The notes under the pieces were generated by a model. It saw only the letters and a list, made by a program, of their open reading frames with translations. It made no database searches and had not been told where the DNA came from. Source: Tubiluchus corallicola (lineage: Eukaryota > Animalia > Priapulida). Taken from it: a stretch of DNA of 64,000 nucleotides. The stretch covers positions 62,001 to 126,000 of the forward strand of contig JAQGDQ010000243.1 of the NCBI GenBank assembly GCA_030141605.1, given 5' to 3'. The position numbers and the translations under genes are program-made. Within the stretch, counting starts at the first letter, position 1; each line of letters begins with the position of its first letter. Below, in pieces: positions 63,601-64,000 of the stretch.

Positions 63601-63999
63601 TGCCAATTCCAGTTTACCACCTTTAGAACACTCTAAATCTATAACACTTCCTATCTGATACTTTTCTGTGAAAATCTCACTTCGATTGTGTTCCGATACT
63701 TCATCAGCAGTTAAAGCCTCTCGTGGCATAGCATTATAGATTGGTGAACATTCTCGGACTACAAGATGATCTTCAAAATGTTTTTGCCCTTCAGTTTCAA
63801 TTGCAACAACTCTTCGAGCCTCATCACCTACTGCAGAAGTCTCTGAGAATGTGCATTCACTTTGAGAACACTCTCTTGCTTTGTTCATTTTAGAATGCTC
63901 TAATACCCTGTCATCAGTTTCACATAATTCTGGCTCACTATTTGGACTCTCAGAAGGATCAGAACATCCTGGGACCACCTTATTACTACAACATTTAGT
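57610..63999 (-). CDS. Large nuclear protein with 2 pipsqueak-type HTH domains and 3 C2H2 zinc fingers (5'-incomplete, at least 2,129 aa)
   Basis: Frame stays open to the window edge (TKCCSNKVVPG..), so the GTG at 63978 is probably not the start. psq domains at about 60841-60955 (EKNLRSAVEAVRLKKMTPMIAARFYKVP) and 59660-59790 (SWTVAQMLAALRDVGENGMSVSQAGRKHGIPPSSLYDR). C2H2 fingers at about 58947-59180. Confidence 0.92.
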   Translation of the reverse strand, partial: TKCCSNKVVPGCSDPSESPNSEPELCETDDRVLEHSKMNKARECSQSECTFSETSAVGDEARRVVAIETEGQKHFEDHLVVRECSPIYNAMPREALTADEVSEHNRSEIFTEKYQIGSVIDLECSKGGKLELADTMKCNGHQECPEAANKVSQQIEDDKVESLHAKSGDMASEMPVDGKEVIHFLYEAITPVHCGIESAMLDPFRGCDAGGRKLDRGTMSEDHFGSRLFNENLLSEFSISSLSQSCVVPENNECCNVSSEHSDNNNATSNTFESNHEVLHHISKRGCFTYEAVTPVHSGSDEPMINCSGVYGNHTQKKTSALANFESNLSCGNKIGLPVHDDVNTSALEHESCENSITSDMVGFDKRSQPDSLLNEVASGRNMEAEFDHHNSGHCENHERAMNEEHYETCKMTIRSINDLTNEDDLEDTVPCTYNEAEREKTDQRVNNFDVGKDELAFAKLYDNTPVRTNDIKNFVNHDAGFILKNKALGIQNNDSDTESNVDLNLGLCSVDKTSREQEMTRMLPESHDPAFKTTVAPADIVAEESTSNRICCTGYLKVDSNECNSEFTKWYHNELMLTDDESCSESEDSLYQYAIQNLSDAEEGVYSILKNNCGNCKLDSRVKDSMKDSSDYEDDLKFLSTHAGSSCQKDYMHTGQESPEVCILYTKKSPLKQSGHKIGQKPISTDEFQTSLNVRALGDLHQQQKLKLRCGKKVRKLNYVNLAVENKTDGGRMFELDNEAHSSARDIGDLANKYELVKNGETVNVCGYFNGLDPKQVPKTCEDTCIKNVLHTEQNIVEEIANCFDKAVSESSPELVTENEHLENDDSYQNKWLFVDTTNCDGELDTVTALIDDNSFERNDCSLLEEKEMQTERKSEVEKSKCFKGVQANGKIPRKNYDNERRFDASHVASESEADSLEQLDDHISKGLYPKLADGCGGDVNVLKETHIIEDDKKCKSKNGNLVMKLDEFKSATLSRKRKLTCMSVQSVVEGKGSIFEGAKQCGLTLSSFLHRVKTEKNLRSAVEAVRLKKMTPMIAARFYKVPLVNLFKRIRTVPQNSSNGKLLFSHQFDQAIYGDEPESDKIVSDIPMKDYSRKKVQSDELLMKGSCLSPSLLSNSCANLRELSIVLSPIRGIDHYDTSVCCTTELGQSSNCIFDVPRRSIFDIMNQMENYNEDSNEEPSTLIRPSLRQFRMPSERHVAQNSTDNNDNQVEQAHPPSVTEHKTEQEGKNTLRKTRIPVLKSRIIAPSKFSSRHTPEGTAKTLTTDTDHVVEGLADGAKLTKSHKEDKQVKDVSSSAVDVNATPESVHCPTKQKCTFLFSKSMVPRRRRTSKRHNSNQSHTQGETEKCELGSKSLANEEVSPNFASECANVFHSNVSKGKAVNGTDLPSLGLENIVGRHRGRQRSWTVAQMLAALRDVGENGMSVSQAGRKHGIPPSSLYDRVHGRTNQWRKKISSAKTSLEEPDDHKPYNKIRKICRRSKQFGVINTAKDNEDPQPLKMKIRMQKNAVDTKLKKLFSDITSDDDVSIGRPTKFAQNKVKRKQKVSSSSLEIRNYSGKALKMSKHVPDRQLGKEAAKQAKLGRPKLTSEFTDEDLSPVSSPLYKKDFQCAHCPQNFRQKNHLIDHMIVHKRTNGLLCQFCDARFLNKIHLARHCRAHTGTLLKCSMCEETFLREDCLRRHLLSHFVTLDMRKRADATELAFHKRRAKKEFKAILASTNIFEVHSVKKHDKYKVQKQIVSSTKRKKFSTINVQDLDDMRASISSAKKQKLTKHGYAEEGHSGRRRRRLSSRDLTIGQPPATPSVISVIDDVFESQNWAENDELVFPTDIVEEAVKSLVSDDVSLENMLPDDLFAERTSVPNDMAAVHQSEHVRNGEDGGSDVSHRTDDTVLSQTLHPSVQSSENTVPSWISSPLSNSSNSESSLQTLKPMSCSQNDSPSAIQGDNFNGNLHVSPQNILNSETNLDNEWLTSAAQSISNVGQLQIQAAPVNDPFSQLMNSKENARDFWVDWASRTSQILSLPPSQVLPTVTQLDQQPRQSYYESLFPGFSDSYHQNATANGNQQQTVAENSVNVWSVLPLLDANPSESSAQLGTQAEQTQITVSEITSGDIIQGVTATANANWIEKLNLF

Positions 64000-64000
64000 T

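Noticed and set aside
63976-63978. GTG start codon for the large ORF
   Set aside because: The context is eukaryotic and the frame remains open to the window edge.

Overview
AT-rich, repeat-dense eukaryotic DNA, most likely from an invertebrate animal; no operons or CRISPR arrays. About the first 52 kb has no recognisable host coding sequence and is a mosaic of retroposon remnants (RTE, RTEX, CR1/L2-group 3' ends), non-autonomous DNA transposons, satellites and microsatellites. Two minus-strand protein genes lie at the right end, each with an uninterrupted reading frame: a CCDC172-like coiled-coil protein (52420-53355) and a >2,120-aa pipsqueak-HTH plus C2H2 zinc-finger protein whose frame runs off the window. 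The most notable objects are two TSD-bounded non-autonomous retroposons that apparently borrow RTE machinery but make their 5' ends differently. One (1135-1713) begins exactly at the cleavage site of a twister ribozyme. The other (45770-46311) is headed by a near-complete 5S rRNA sequence. Family assignments come from recognising motifs by eye; no database search was run.
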